From Cyanophyceae cyanobacterium (GTDB lineage Bacteria; Cyanobacteriota; Cyanobacteriia; Cyanobacteriales; Laspinemataceae), in contig JBBQFN010000011.1 in the NCBI GenBank assembly GCA_038321985.1, positions 84,751 to 148,750 of the forward strand: DNA of 64,000 nt, written 5' to 3'. The notes under the pieces were generated by a model. That model ran no database searches. It saw only the letters and a list, made by a program, of their open reading frames with translations, and was not told the DNA's origin. This document shows positions 50,142 through 60,994 of the stretch, piece by piece. Every line of letters begins with the position of its first letter. Positions within the stretch are counted from its first letter, which is position 1. The position numbers and the translations under genes are program-made.

Positions 50142-51470
50142 CTAGAGAATTGACTTCATGCTTTGTGGATTGGCCTGGACGGGCATCACTAATATTTTAT
50201 CCACACGATTTCCATCCATATCCATGACTTCAAATCGAAATCCACCCCATTCAAAATGGTCCGCAGCAATGGGAATACGTCCAAAATGGGTTAGAATAAA
50301 CCCGCCCAAAGTATGATAATTGCCTCGTTGTTCTCCCGGCAACTCTGCGAGTCCAAAAACTTCCCGGAATTTTTCAACCGATATCATGCCATCTAATAGC
50401 CAGGATCCGTCCTCTCGTTGGACCATTTGTAAATCATCGGGTTGATTGATGGAGGGCATATCCCCAACGATCGCCTCTAAAATATCGTTAAGGGTAACCA
50501 ACCCTTGAATAACTCCATATTCATCCACAGCCAAGGCGATATGAGTTCCGGTTTGTTTGAATAACTCTAATACTTTTAGAGTTCGGGTATGTTCGGGAAT
50601 AAACAAGGGCTGACGCAAGGCAGCGGTGAGGTCGATGGGTTGTCCGAGGAGCGATCGCGCTAATAAATCATTAATTTGAATGATTCCCAAAACATTATCA
50701 AGCACGTTTTGACAGACGGGAAAACGAGTGTGGGTACTACTAATAATCTTCTGGCGGTTTTCTTCTACCGAATCGTCTAAATTTAGCCAAATTACCTCGG
50801 GTCGAGGAGTCATTAGAGAACTAACCTGGCGTTCGTCTAAGCGTAAAACTCGCTCCACCATTGCTTGTTCTTCTTGCTCGAAAGTACCGGCTTCCGTGGC
50901 TTGTTCCAGCAAGATTTTAATTTCTTCTTCCGTAACCTGGGGTTCATTAGAAGGTTGGGTTCCCAACATTCGCAACACTAAATCCGTGGAAGTGCTCAAC
51001 AAATGGACGACGGGCGAGCCAATTTTTGCCAGCAATCGCATCGGAACAGCTATGCGCATGGCAATTTTTTCGGGATCGTTTAAACCCAATCGTTTGGGGA
51101 CGAGTTCTCCCAGGATTAGGGAGAGGTAAGTAATACAAAAGACCACGATCAACAGGGCGACTGCCCCTTTATAGGGGGCCAGCAGCGGAACTCGACCTAA
51201 AGGAATCGCCAGTTTCTCCGCAATGGTGGCACCCCCAAAGGCCCCGGCAAAGATTCCCACTAAGGTGATCCCCACCTGCACCGTAGACAGGAAGCGATTC
51301 GGGGCATTCGCCAATTCAAGGGCGACTCTTGCTTTGATATTTCCCTGATTAGCCCACTGTTGCAGTCGCGCCTTTCGGGCCGAAACAAGGGCGATTTCGG
51401 ACATGGCAAATATTCCGTTAATCAGAATAAGTACCAGAATGATCAGAATTTGCAGGGTGAGAGAATTCAT
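50142..51470 (-). CDS. Hemolysin-family CNNM/CBS/CorC-HlyC protein
   Basis: 'NG.F.MSEIA.VS', 'GELVPK', 'MTPR', 'DEYG..QGLVT..D', 'TLGG'. Confidence 0.9.
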   Translation of the reverse strand: MNSLTLQILIILVLILINGIFAMSEIALVSARKARLQQWANQGNIKARVALELANAPNRFLSTVQVGITLVGIFAGAFGGATIAEKLAIPLGRVPLLAPYKGAVALLIVVFCITYLSLILGELVPKRLGLNDPEKIAMRIAVPMRLLAKIGSPVVHLLSTSTDLVLRMLGTQPSNEPQVTEEEIKILLEQATEAGTFEQEEQAMVERVLRLDERQVSSLMTPRPEVIWLNLDDSVEENRQKIISSTHTRFPVCQNVLDNVLGIIQINDLLARSLLGQPIDLTAALRQPLFIPEHTRTLKVLELFKQTGTHIALAVDEYGVIQGLVTLNDILEAIVGDMPSINQPDDLQMVQREDGSWLLDGMISVEKFREVFGLAELPGEQRGNYHTLGGFILTHFGRIPIAADHFEWGGFRFEVMDMDGNRVDKILVMPVQANPQSMKSIL

Positions 51471-51742
51471 GGGTCGAATTTGCCTCGGGTTTTGGGGAAG
51501 GTAGCGATCGCGCCCGTTATTCGCTAGATCGCCCCAGTGAGCCGGTACAGTTAGTGCCAGATTCTAGCTAAGTTAACATTTCTCGGCAATACCAGCACCA
51601 TCGTGATCGCAGATGAGGCAGTGTTAATGGGAAATTTCCACAGCAGAGGCGACTGCACAGTTGGTCCCCGGGCTTCTAAAATAAATAAAGGAAAAGATCC
51701 GGGGATTTTTTTCAGCCAAAGATATCAGATTTGTGACAAGTC

Positions 51743-54700
51743 ATGGCCTGTTCTTCGATTATCCGCACCCTGGGGCGATCGCCGTTAGCGACCGAACTCC
51801 TAACTAAACTTGATCGGCATCACCACATCGAACTCAACGGCATCTCCCGCTTACCCAAAGGATTGGTTGCCTCAGCGATCGCTCAGAAACGGGACCAGAG
51901 CTTATTTGTCGTGACCGCGACCCTAGAAGAAGCGGGGCGATGGGCGGCCCAATTGGAAGCAATGGGGTGGCCTACGGTCCATTTTTACCCCACCTCAGAA
52001 ACGTCACCTTACGAACTCTTTGATCCTGAAGAAGAGACCACTTGGGGCCAGATGCAGGTCCTCGCCGATTTAGTCCGGGGAGAAAAAAATCTCGCCATTG
52101 TTACCACGGAACGGGCATTACAACCTCATTTGCCCCCGGTGAATCAGTTTCAACCTTACTGCCTCACCCTCACCCCCAAAAACGAGTGGAAATCTAAAAC
52201 CCTAGATGAACAACTGGCCCGCATGGGATACGAACGCGTGGCCCTTGTGGAAACTGAAGGGCAATGGAGTCGGCGCGGGGACATTGTAGATATTTTTCCC
52301 GTTTCCGCAGAATTACCCGTGCGCTTGGACTGGTTTGGGGACGAGTTGGAGAACATCCGGGAATTTGACCCTTCCACCCAGCGTTCCCTGGATAAAATCG
52401 AGCAACTGGTCCTCACCCCTACCTGTTTCACTCCCCTAATTAAGGCCAATCTCCCGCAAGCATTCAGAAGCGTACAGGGGGATATTTCGACTGATTTAGA
52501 ACCAGAAGAATCGCCGGAATCTCCCTCCCTGCATCGGTTTCTCGGGGTGGCCTTTGAGCAACCGGCCTCCTTGCTAGATTATCTTTCCCCAGATACTATC
52601 GTAGCGATCGATGAACCCGATCGCTGTAGTGCCCATGGCGATCGCTGGGCGGAACAGGTGGAAGAACATTTCCGAACCCTCCCCTCTCAACCGATTCCCC
52701 TGTCTCGGGTTCACCGCACCTTTAGCGAATCCATCGCCACCGCCGAACCCTTTGATCGAATTTTCCTCTCGGAATTGGTGATTCCCCGCAAAAAAGACGG
52801 TCCAAATATTAGCTTTGATTTGGACAGTCGTCCGGTTCCGGTGTTACCGCACCAGTTTGCTAAACTTGCCGAACTGTTACGAGAAGAACGCGATCGCCGG
52901 TTTAATGTTTTTCTAATTTCTGCCCAACCGAGTCGATCGGTTTCCCTGCTACAAGAACATGACTGTCCTGCCCAATTTATTCCTAATCCTCGGGACTATC
53001 GGGCGATCGAAAAGCTCCAAGTCCAACATATTCCCGTTGCCCTTAAATATAGTGGATTAGCAGAACTAGAAGGGTTTATTTTGTCTGCCTTTAGAATCGC
53101 GATTATCACCGATCGCGAATTTTATGGACAACACGCCCTCGCGACTCCTACTTACGTCCGTAAACGTCGCCGCGCCGCCTCCAAACAGGTAGACCCCAAT
53201 AAACTGCGGCAAGGGGATTTTGTCGTCCATCGCCATCATGGCATCGGCCAATTTATTAAGTTAGAAAAACTTCAAAACCGCGAATATTTAGTTGTTAAAT
53301 ACAGCGATGGAATTCTGCGAGTACCCGTAGACCAACTGGAATCCCTGTCCCGGTTTCGCACCACAGGAGGCAAAAGACCCGAACTTAATAAACTGACTAG
53401 CAAATCCTGGGAAAATACTCGCAACAAAGTCCGCAAAGCCGTTAAAAAGCTCGCGGTTGATTTATTAAATTTGTATGCCAAGCGCTCAGATCAACGAGGG
53501 TTTGCCTATCCGGTAGATATGCCGTGGCAGCAAGAGTTAGAAGATTCATTTCCCTATCAACCGACGCCGGATCAGTTGAAGGCGACTCATGACGTGAAGC
53601 GAGATATGGAGAGTGAACGCCCGATGGACCGCTTAGTTTGTGGGGATGTGGGATTTGGCAAAACTGAAGTTGCAATCCGGGCTATTTTTAAAGCTATTAC
53701 TGCCGGAAAGCAGGTGGCAATGTTGGCCCCGACGACAATTTTAACCCAGCAGCATTATCACACCATTAAAGAGCGGTTTGCACCCTATCCGATTCAAATT
53801 GGATTACTTAATCGCTTTCGCTCTCAAGCAGAACGCCAAGACATCCAAAACCGCCTCGCCACGGGGGAATTAGATTTAGTCGTGGGAACTCACTCGGTTC
53901 TGAGTAAATCGATTCAGTTCCGCGATTTGGGACTGTTAGTGGTGGATGAAGAACAACGGTTTGGGGTGAATCAGAAGGAAAAAATCAAGGCACTCAAAAC
54001 CCAAGTTGATGTGCTAACTTTAACCGCAACCCCGATTCCCCGCACCTTGTATATGTCGTTATCCGGTGTGCGAGAGATGAGTTTGATTGCCACACCTCCT
54101 CCATCTCGTCGCCCGATTCAGACCCATTTGGCACCGTATGACCTAGAAATCACGCGATCGGCGATTCGCCAAGAGTTGGATCGAGGGGGACAGGTGTTTT
54201 ATGTTGTGCCTCGGGTGGAAGGGATTGAGGAAGTGGGGGCCGCATTGCAACTGATGGTCCCCAGTGCCAGGGTGGCGATCGCCCACGGTCAAATGAACCC
54301 CTCGGAATTAGAAGCGATTACCATTGCTTTTAGTTCGGGGGAAGCGGATATTTTAGTCTGTACCACGATTATCGAATCAGGCTTAGATATTCCTCGGGTG
54401 AATACGATTTTAATTGAAGATGCGCACCGCTTCGGATTGTCCCAATTGTATCAATTAAGAGGACGAGTGGGACGCTCTGGAATTCAAGCTCATGCTTGGT
54501 TATTTTACCCCAAAAGTGGCCGGTTAACCGATGAAGCACGGAAACGGTTACGGGCGATTAAAGAGTTCGCTCAATTAGGGTCTGGATATCAACTCGCTAT
54601 GCGAGATATGGAGATACGCGGCGTCGGTAACTTGTTAGGTGCAGAACAGTCCGGTCAACTGGATGCGATCGGGTTTGACCTCTATATGGAAATGTTAGAA

Positions 54701-55213
54701 GAGGCCATTCGAGAGATTCGTGGACAAGAAATTCCCACCGTAGAAGAGACGCAAATAGACCTGACCTTAACTGCGTTTATTCCTGGGGATTATATTGTGG
54801 ATTTAGACCAAAAGATGAGTGCTTATCGGTCCGTAGCCTTGGCAACCTCGGGGAAAGAGTTGGAAGAAATCCAAGCCGATTGGCGCGATCGCTACGGACC
54901 TATTCCCAAACCTGTCAACCAACTGGTGCAAGTCATGAAACTCAAACAAATCGCCAAACCATTAGGATTTTCCAGAATCAAACCCGAGGGAACCCAAAAC
55001 ATTGTTTTAGAAACGCCAATGGAGGAACCAGCCTGGAATTTGCTCGCCCAAAATCTGCCTACAAATGTACAAGAAAAGTTTGTCTACAGACCCGGTAAAG
55101 TCACCGTTCGCGGCATTGGAATTATGCGGGCTGAGTATCAATTAGAGACTCTGATTGATTGGTTAGGACGGATGCAAGGTTCGCTACCCGAAGCCGCCAT
55201 TTCTCATGGGTAA
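51743..55213 (+). CDS. mfd: Transcription-repair coupling factor
   Basis: 'RGDIVD.FP', 'VVH.HHGIG', 'CGDVGFGKT', 'DEEQRFG', 'TATPIPRT', 'QLRGRVGR'. Confidence 0.97.
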   Translation: MACSSIIRTLGRSPLATELLTKLDRHHHIELNGISRLPKGLVASAIAQKRDQSLFVVTATLEEAGRWAAQLEAMGWPTVHFYPTSETSPYELFDPEEETTWGQMQVLADLVRGEKNLAIVTTERALQPHLPPVNQFQPYCLTLTPKNEWKSKTLDEQLARMGYERVALVETEGQWSRRGDIVDIFPVSAELPVRLDWFGDELENIREFDPSTQRSLDKIEQLVLTPTCFTPLIKANLPQAFRSVQGDISTDLEPEESPESPSLHRFLGVAFEQPASLLDYLSPDTIVAIDEPDRCSAHGDRWAEQVEEHFRTLPSQPIPLSRVHRTFSESIATAEPFDRIFLSELVIPRKKDGPNISFDLDSRPVPVLPHQFAKLAELLREERDRRFNVFLISAQPSRSVSLLQEHDCPAQFIPNPRDYRAIEKLQVQHIPVALKYSGLAELEGFILSAFRIAIITDREFYGQHALATPTYVRKRRRAASKQVDPNKLRQGDFVVHRHHGIGQFIKLEKLQNREYLVVKYSDGILRVPVDQLESLSRFRTTGGKRPELNKLTSKSWENTRNKVRKAVKKLAVDLLNLYAKRSDQRGFAYPVDMPWQQELEDSFPYQPTPDQLKATHDVKRDMESERPMDRLVCGDVGFGKTEVAIRAIFKAITAGKQVAMLAPTTILTQQHYHTIKERFAPYPIQIGLLNRFRSQAERQDIQNRLATGELDLVVGTHSVLSKSIQFRDLGLLVVDEEQRFGVNQKEKIKALKTQVDVLTLTATPIPRTLYMSLSGVREMSLIATPPPSRRPIQTHLAPYDLEITRSAIRQELDRGGQVFYVVPRVEGIEEVGAALQLMVPSARVAIAHGQMNPSELEAITIAFSSGEADILVCTTIIESGLDIPRVNTILIEDAHRFGLSQLYQLRGRVGRSGIQAHAWLFYPKSGRLTDEARKRLRAIKEFAQLGSGYQLAMRDMEIRGVGNLLGAEQSGQLDAIGFDLYMEMLEEAIREIRGQEIPTVEETQIDLTLTAFIPGDYIVDLDQKMSAYRSVALATSGKELEEIQADWRDRYGPIPKPVNQLVQVMKLKQIAKPLGFSRIKPEGTQNIVLETPMEEPAWNLLAQNLPTNVQEKFVYRPGKVTVRGIGIMRAEYQLETLIDWLGRMQGSLPEAAISHG

Positions 55214-55227
55214 CCCGTTAGGAGAGA

Positions 55228-55257
55228 AGAAACTCGGTTTAAAGAAACCGAGTTTCT
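55228..55257. repeat. REP-like hairpin after mfd
   Basis: AGAAACTCGGTTT-aaag-AAACCGAGTTTCT perfect 13-bp stem. Confidence 0.6.
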
Positions 55258-55393
55258 GACCGGGCGCTTACAGGATGATAGTTGTAACCACCATTGAAAT
55301 ATCACCTTTTCTTAAAAATATGTTTTTTTAACAGAAAAATGTATTATAATCATAAATCAATTCAATAATTAACTCCATCAAAAAGACAAAAAC

Positions 55394-56200
55394 ATGAGCT
55401 TAGAAATTTATTCATATCCAGTTAACCAATTGTTAACCTTTGATGACTATATAAAAATTAAAGACGAGACCAATTATATAGAAAAATTTGGGTTTACACC
55501 GGAACATATTCCGGAATTGATCCGCATGGCGGTTGATCCAGAATTAAACTGGGGGGATTCAGAAAATCTGGAAATATGGGCACCGATTCATGCATGGCGA
55601 TCGCTGGGTGAATTACGAGCCGAGGAGGCGATCGAACCCTTGATTTTCATATTTGATGCCCTGGAGGATATTGATTGGACCAGTACCGAAATGCCCATCG
55701 TTTTTGGCCAAATTGGTCCGGCAGCGATTCCCAGTCTAGCGGCCTATTTAGACAATCCGGGGCCAGATGAATATCATCTGGAAATCGCCGGGTCTTGTTT
55801 ACGGGCGATCGGTACAGAGCATCCAGAGAGTCGGGATGAATGTGTCAAAATCATTACGGAAAAACTGGAAAAGTTTCAAGAGAATGACCCGGGCTTAAAT
55901 GGATTTTTACTGGTAAATTTAATTGAATTAAAGGCAGTAGAATCAGCCTCGGTGATTCAAAGTGCTTTTGCTGCGGATTGCATCGATGAGTTGATTGTCG
56001 GTGACTGGGATGAGGCCCAGTTCCTACTAGGGTTGGGACCCCGAAAAACCCCGGAAAAGATCCGTAAAGCTAAGATGAGGCAAAAGATTAGGGGATTGTT
56101 TAAAATTTCAGACGATACTCATGCTCAACCCGCTAAGGGGTTTTCCTCTTCTATTAAAAAGACCCCAAAGAAAAAGAGCAAGAAGAAAAAGGACAAATAG
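55394..56200 (+). CDS. DUF1186-like HEAT-repeat protein with Lys-rich tail
   Basis: 'APIHAWR.LG.LRA.EAI.PL', 'IG..AIP.L', 'NG.L...LI.L.A.E', 'GDW'. Confidence 0.65.
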   Translation: MSLEIYSYPVNQLLTFDDYIKIKDETNYIEKFGFTPEHIPELIRMAVDPELNWGDSENLEIWAPIHAWRSLGELRAEEAIEPLIFIFDALEDIDWTSTEMPIVFGQIGPAAIPSLAAYLDNPGPDEYHLEIAGSCLRAIGTEHPESRDECVKIITEKLEKFQENDPGLNGFLLVNLIELKAVESASVIQSAFAADCIDELIVGDWDEAQFLLGLGPRKTPEKIRKAKMRQKIRGLFKISDDTHAQPAKGFSSSIKKTPKKKSKKKKDK

Positions 56201-56240
56201 ACTGAATCAGCGATCGCCAAGTTCAACTCACTCAAAGCGC

Positions 56241-56876
56241 CTAACTCAGCATTGTAGTGGGTCGATCGCTCTCTAAATACCCTCGAAGCGGCTGCAACAA
56301 AATTCCTAAAATTTTATCCAATTCTTTAATATAATACTCAACCGAATCAATAAACACCATCTGGTTTTCCAGCTTTAAAAACTTCCAGGTTGTTCCACTG
56401 GTAACGATTCCATAAATAGTATTAATCTCATTTTCAGCCCGTTGGTTGAACAATTGCGCTCCGACCATGCTGGCTACGCATTGTCCTAATCCTCCAATAA
56501 TATTTTCATTCTTGGCTTCGGCGATCGCTATGATGGGAGCAGTGATAAAATATTGTTCCGGTGAACCGCTGACCATAAAATCACAATATCCTTGCAATCC
56601 TAATTGTTCATCGACGTTAAACTCATTACCTGAAAATAAGCTGACTTGATAATTGACTTGTCGTCTGACTTCGGCTAAAATTGGAGCAATGAGTAATTCG
56701 GACCGCGCTTTTTCAGTATTAATTGCGGTGGCTAACGGAATATATTCCTCTAACAGTGTCTGTAAGATTTCTGAGGGTGGCACGCCCTCAACCGTTGCAA
56801 ATAAATTCTGTCCTTCCTTTAAGGTTAAGTTGAAGGCAGTTTTAGCTTTGGATAACGTAAAATTACTGTAGGCCAT
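56241..56876 (-). CDS. Conserved cyanobacterial hypothetical protein (PD-(D/E)xK / HsdR-N-like)
   Basis: 'MAYSNFTL', 'EKARSE.LI.P', 'G.CDF', 'EAK', 'GQC', 'YG.VTSG..W.FL'. Confidence 0.7.
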   Translation of the reverse strand: MAYSNFTLSKAKTAFNLTLKEGQNLFATVEGVPPSEILQTLLEEYIPLATAINTEKARSELLIAPILAEVRRQVNYQVSLFSGNEFNVDEQLGLQGYCDFMVSGSPEQYFITAPIIAIAEAKNENIIGGLGQCVASMVGAQLFNQRAENEINTIYGIVTSGTTWKFLKLENQMVFIDSVEYYIKELDKILGILLQPLRGYLESDRPTTMLS

Positions 56877-57046
56877 TGGTTGAAGTTCGGAAATTTTTAG
56901 GGTAAAATCAATAAAATTGGATCCCTGGTTTTTCATAAATATTTATTTTATTAAGACTTTCAAGATTGGATAATATTTTATAATTATAACATTTAGGGGT
57001 TTATCATCGCCTGGAAAGCTCTTTTATAACGGGGCTGTTGTAATTT

Positions 57047-57877
57047 ATGAATCCTAAGCTCAAGCATCTCCTGATTGGCGAGTTCTCTGTCAAGCGGTTA
57101 GTTAGGTCCGTGCTATTTATTTACGTCTCGATTGGTATTTACGGCTACTTTTTTTCCGAACGGATGATTTTTATCCCTCAACCCTCATCCTATTCTCAAC
57201 TTCCGGGGATGCTGACGTTGAATTCGGCGAATGAAAAGCGCATTGCAGCGGTCTATTTAGAAAATCCTCAAGCGGATTATACCATTCTCTATAGTCATGG
57301 CAATGCGGAAGATTTAGGGGATATTTTGCCGGTTTTGACTCAACTCCAGATGCTCGGGTTTTCAGTGTTGAGTTTTGATTACCAAGGGTATGGAATTTCT
57401 GAGGGGAATCCCACGGAACGGACGGCGGTTCAGGATATCGAGGCGGCTTATTTTTATCTCACGGAAACCCTGAATGTTCCGCCGCAGAGAATTATTGTTT
57501 ATGGGCGATCGGTGGGTGGGGGACCGGCGCTTGATTTAGCCGATCGCTATCCCGTGGGTGGATTGGTGGTGGAAAGTTCGTTTACTTCAATTTTTAGAAC
57601 CGTAACTCGAATTCCGATTTATCCCGTGGATAAGTTTAATAACATTCGGAACATTCAAGGGGTGAATTGTCCGGTGTTGGTGATTCATGGCACTGAGGAT
57701 GAGGTGATTCCCTTTTGGCATGGCGAGGCATTGTTTGCAGCGGCAGGGGAACCAAAACAGTCGCTGTGGGTAGAAGGTGCTGGACATAATGATTTAATCG
57801 AAGTGGCGGGCGATCGCCATTCAGCAGCAATCCTCGGGTTTGTCTCGTTACTTGACCCGAACCCTTTGCCCGATTAA
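57047..57877 (+). CDS. Alpha/beta hydrolase (ABHD17-like)
   Basis: 'SHGNAED', 'DYQGYG.S.G', GRSVG nucleophile elbow, 'HGT.DEV', 'GHND'. Confidence 0.9.
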   Translation: MNPKLKHLLIGEFSVKRLVRSVLFIYVSIGIYGYFFSERMIFIPQPSSYSQLPGMLTLNSANEKRIAAVYLENPQADYTILYSHGNAEDLGDILPVLTQLQMLGFSVLSFDYQGYGISEGNPTERTAVQDIEAAYFYLTETLNVPPQRIIVYGRSVGGGPALDLADRYPVGGLVVESSFTSIFRTVTRIPIYPVDKFNNIRNIQGVNCPVLVIHGTEDEVIPFWHGEALFAAAGEPKQSLWVEGAGHNDLIEVAGDRHSAAILGFVSLLDPNPLPD

Positions 57878-58104
57878 ACCGGATGCAGGGAGAAGCGCCC
57901 AAAATATGGTCCCGATCTCAGGGGTTAAAAATTCACCGGAACCAAAGGGTAGCAGTTGGTAGAAGGGCGATCGGCTGGTATGATTGTGCTGGCTAAGGGA
58001 AATAGCACACTCTTTGCGCGATCGCTCTTTTAGGAGGTCCCGAAACCGGGATAAACTAGGGCGATTCAGTTTGAAAATTAACGATTCATAACAAAACGCT
58101 AAAG

Positions 58105-58734
58105 ATGGAATGGCACGGAAGCGATGCTCAGAGTCTGGCAATTATTGACCGCGAAATCGGGGATCACGTTTTCTCCCCGGCGGAGTATGAGATTGTACGG
58201 CGGGTAATTTATGCCACCGCTGATTTTGAATATAAATCCCTGATTCGTTTTTCTGAACAAGCCCTCCAGGCGGGTGCGGCAGCGTTGGCGGCACGTTCGA
58301 CTATTGTGGTGGATGTGCCGATGGTGCAAGTTGGAATTTCGCCCCATATTCAAAACACTTTTGCCAATCCGGTTTACTGTTCCATGGATGCGCTCACCCG
58401 TCCTCAAAAAGAAAAAACCCGCGCCGCCTGGGGCATTGAAACCCTCGCTAAACGCTATCCTGAAGGCATTTTTATCCTGGGTGAAGCCCAAACTTCCCTG
58501 ACTACCCTGGTGGAGTTAATCGAAGAGGAGGAAATTCGCCCCGCTTTGGTGATTGGGACCCCGGCAGGATTTGTGGGGGTGGATGCGGCAAAAGAGAGAC
58601 TGAATGACTCTCTGATTCAAAATATCCGGGTTGATGGACGCAAGGGTAGCGCTGTAGTTGCCGTTGCTATTTTAAATGGATTGGTAGACTTAGCGTGGCA
58701 AGCTTACGGACAAGAAGGACGGGGGATGATGTAA
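58105..58734 (+). CDS. cobH: Precorrin-8X methylmutase
   Basis: 'VRRVIYATADF', 'D..MV..GI', 'PALVIG.P.GFV', 'GRKGS..VA.A..N'. Confidence 0.88.
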   Translation: MEWHGSDAQSLAIIDREIGDHVFSPAEYEIVRRVIYATADFEYKSLIRFSEQALQAGAAALAARSTIVVDVPMVQVGISPHIQNTFANPVYCSMDALTRPQKEKTRAAWGIETLAKRYPEGIFILGEAQTSLTTLVELIEEEEIRPALVIGTPAGFVGVDAAKERLNDSLIQNIRVDGRKGSAVVAVAILNGLVDLAWQAYGQEGRGMM

Positions 58735-58903
58735 TAGCCGCCCTCAATCTTCTGTAACAAACCTAGGGAGCAAGACGCCAAGCCTACGGCATAGGGGGTG
58801 CTAACCGCACTACAAGGGTTTCAAGGTTAGATCCATGACCCAACTGATTTAGGGTTACTAAAGGATTGCTCAGAAAAATTCTGGGGAGAAATCTCTAAAC
58901 GGA

Positions 58904-59587
58904 TTATTCTCGGGGGACTCTACGTTTACGGGGACGAGGTGTATTCAACTCCTCCATTTGTTGACTAATTTCTACAAATACATCCCGGCGCAAATAAGGA
59001 TAGTCACTAATCCAGAAGTCGATGCGGGGGAGGTAAATATCGGAGACTTTGGCAATGCGTCCGAGATCGGTGCGATTCGACATCACGACCATTTCAGCAA
59101 TATCTCCTGGGGCGATCGCCTTGTGTTCTTTACGCAAGGGGACCAGCACTCGCGTACTAAAACCCGTTTCATCGCCGATTTCTAAATTCAGCCGTCTTTC
59201 CCGGTTCTCGACGATGACCAGTTCGCCCCGTGGACTGACTGTTTCGGTTTTGCCGACAACTTCCTCGGTGACAAATACATCCCAAACTTCTCCGCGCCAA
59301 AAGCCACTGTATTTATAACGCCGACATTGGAAATTTTCCCGGGATGCGGAGGCGACGGGGCCCCATAACCAATAGAGACCGAAGATAATTCCCGCAATTA
59401 ATAAAAAGGGTCTCCAGCTATCCGGGAGAAGATTTGCAGTCAAGGTCAGCAGTCCAATGCCCGCGACGGAGATTAAGATGCGCTTTAAAATTTTGTCAAT
59501 TTTGCCTCCATAATAGCCATATTGAGCGCCGGTAGCAATTGCGGGAATGAGTTCTTCAAAGGTTTGGCGTGTTAAGGGAATTAGCAT
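58904..59587 (-). CDS. Conserved cyanobacterial membrane protein of unknown function
   Basis: 'MLIPLTRQ.FE.LIP..ATG.QY', two TMs, 'ENRERR.NLE.GD', 'SDYPYL.RD.F'. Confidence 0.7.
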   Translation of the reverse strand: MLIPLTRQTFEELIPAIATGAQYGYYGGKIDKILKRILISVAGIGLLTLTANLLPDSWRPFLLIAGIIFGLYWLWGPVASASRENFQCRRYKYSGFWRGEVWDVFVTEEVVGKTETVSPRGELVIVENRERRLNLEIGDETGFSTRVLVPLRKEHKAIAPGDIAEMVVMSNRTDLGRIAKVSDIYLPRIDFWISDYPYLRRDVFVEISQQMEELNTPRPRKRRVPRE

Positions 59588-59721
59588 AATTGATAAAAGT
59601 CAGAATGGATCAAGTAATTAAGGATAAAATAACCGAAATTTAAGGGAAAAATCCGGAGGAGAGGGGTTCAGATAGTCGAATTATGGGTTTCATTTAGTCC
59701 TGGACTCTTCAATCATCTTTT

Positions 59722-59811
59722 TTAATAAAGCGAGCATCTTGCTCGCACTCCTTAATAAAGCGAGTAAGATGCTCGCACTCCTTAATAAGGCGAGCATTTT
59801 GCTCGCTGTCC
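59722..59811. repeat. Three tandem 30-bp units each carrying a GCGAG(C/T)A-NNN-TGCTCGC palindrome (REP-like)
   Basis: TTAATAAAGCGAGCATCTTGCTCGCACTCC / TTAATAAAGCGAGTAAGATGCTCGCACTCC / TTAATAAGGCGAGCATTTTGCTCGCTGTCC. Confidence 0.85.
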
Positions 59812-59820
59812 TAATAGAGG

Positions 59821-60648
59821 TTACAGGAGTTTTTCTAAGCCATAAACCAGAGTTTTAAGCTGAAGAATCTTGCGAATAGATAGCAAGACTCCGGGCATAT
59901 AACAGGCGCGATCGCTGGTGTCGTGACGCAGGGTATAAACTTGACCCGGTGCGCCAAAAATTACTTCTTGATGAGCAATTAAACCGGGGAGACGGATACT
60001 GTGGATGCGAATCCCTTCCCCAGCTTCACCGCCTCTAGCACCGGAGATTTTTTCGGTTTCTTTAACCTGGGGCGAGTTAAAGGTTTTGCCCATTTCTGCT
60101 AACATTTGGGCGGTTTGAATGGCCGTTCCACTCGGGGCATCAGCTTTTTGGTTGTGGTGGAGTTCGATAATTTCCACGTGTTCAAAATGTTGAGACGCGG
60201 CGATCGCCGCTTGTTGCAATAGCACCATTCCGATGGAAAAGTTAGGAATGATGGCACAACCGATGCTAGATTTTTCAGCAAAGGCAGCGAGGTCTTGAAT
60301 CTGTTCGGGACTCATCCCCGTCGTGCCAATCACCGGACGAATCCCAAAGGCGATCGCCGCCCGAGTATTTTCATAAACTGCATTGGGATGGGTAAAATCC
60401 ACCATGACTGCGGACTGCTTTTCTTGAAGTGCCATCCCCAGAGTGCCTTGCAGGTCATTTAAAACCGGGATTTCTAAAGGTCCGCATCCGATCACCTCCC
60501 CAATATCTTCACCGAGATACTCAGGATTGCGATCGACCGCACCCACTAAAATCATATCTGGAGCTTCAGAGACCGCCTGAACGACTTCGCGGCCCATTTT
60601 GCCCCCCGCGCCATTGACGACTACCGGAATGGGAAGTTGATTTGTCAT
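59821..60648 (-). CDS. dapB: 4-hydroxy-tetrahydrodipicolinate reductase
   Basis: 'GAGGKMG', 'DFT', 'GTTG', 'PNFSIG', '[15 protein letters not shown]'. Confidence 0.96.
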   Translation of the reverse strand: MTNQLPIPVVVNGAGGKMGREVVQAVSEAPDMILVGAVDRNPEYLGEDIGEVIGCGPLEIPVLNDLQGTLGMALQEKQSAVMVDFTHPNAVYENTRAAIAFGIRPVIGTTGMSPEQIQDLAAFAEKSSIGCAIIPNFSIGMVLLQQAAIAASQHFEHVEIIELHHNQKADAPSGTAIQTAQMLAEMGKTFNSPQVKETEKISGARGGEAGEGIRIHSIRLPGLIAHQEVIFGAPGQVYTLRHDTSDRACYMPGVLLSIRKILQLKTLVYGLEKLL

Positions 60649-60994
60649 ACTTCAATAAAATCCCCTGGAACTAACAAGCGAATTTTACCCCGCTTCGTGG
60701 GAATCTCCCTACAGATACTATTGTAGGGTTGATAGGCCGTTGCTTCGGTTCCGGTTCCTGGGATTGTTGAGCTGATAGAGGTTCAAATCCGCGACTCCTG
60801 TCCGTTATTGCAATTTAATTCAAGTTGGGCCATTGACAATCCAGGGTAGGGGAAGGCAGGATCAAAGAGATAGGATTGGAGTGGGAAATACTCTACAGCT
60901 TACTCAGAATCGGGCGAAATCAAATTCAGGCGATCGCCTTGGGCCGCCTCCCCCTCTCAAACTGGATACTCCATCACTCTTTTAACGGATAACG

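Noticed and set aside
57878..58104. Cobalamin riboswitch upstream of cobH
   Set aside because: No recognisable B12-box or conserved core motifs
59722..59811. Possible mini-CRISPR array
   Set aside because: Units are contiguous 30-bp tandem repeats with no unique spacers; no cas genes in the window
60776..60795. GGTTCAAATCC tRNA T-loop-like motif
   Set aside because: Flanks do not form a T-stem or cloverleaf
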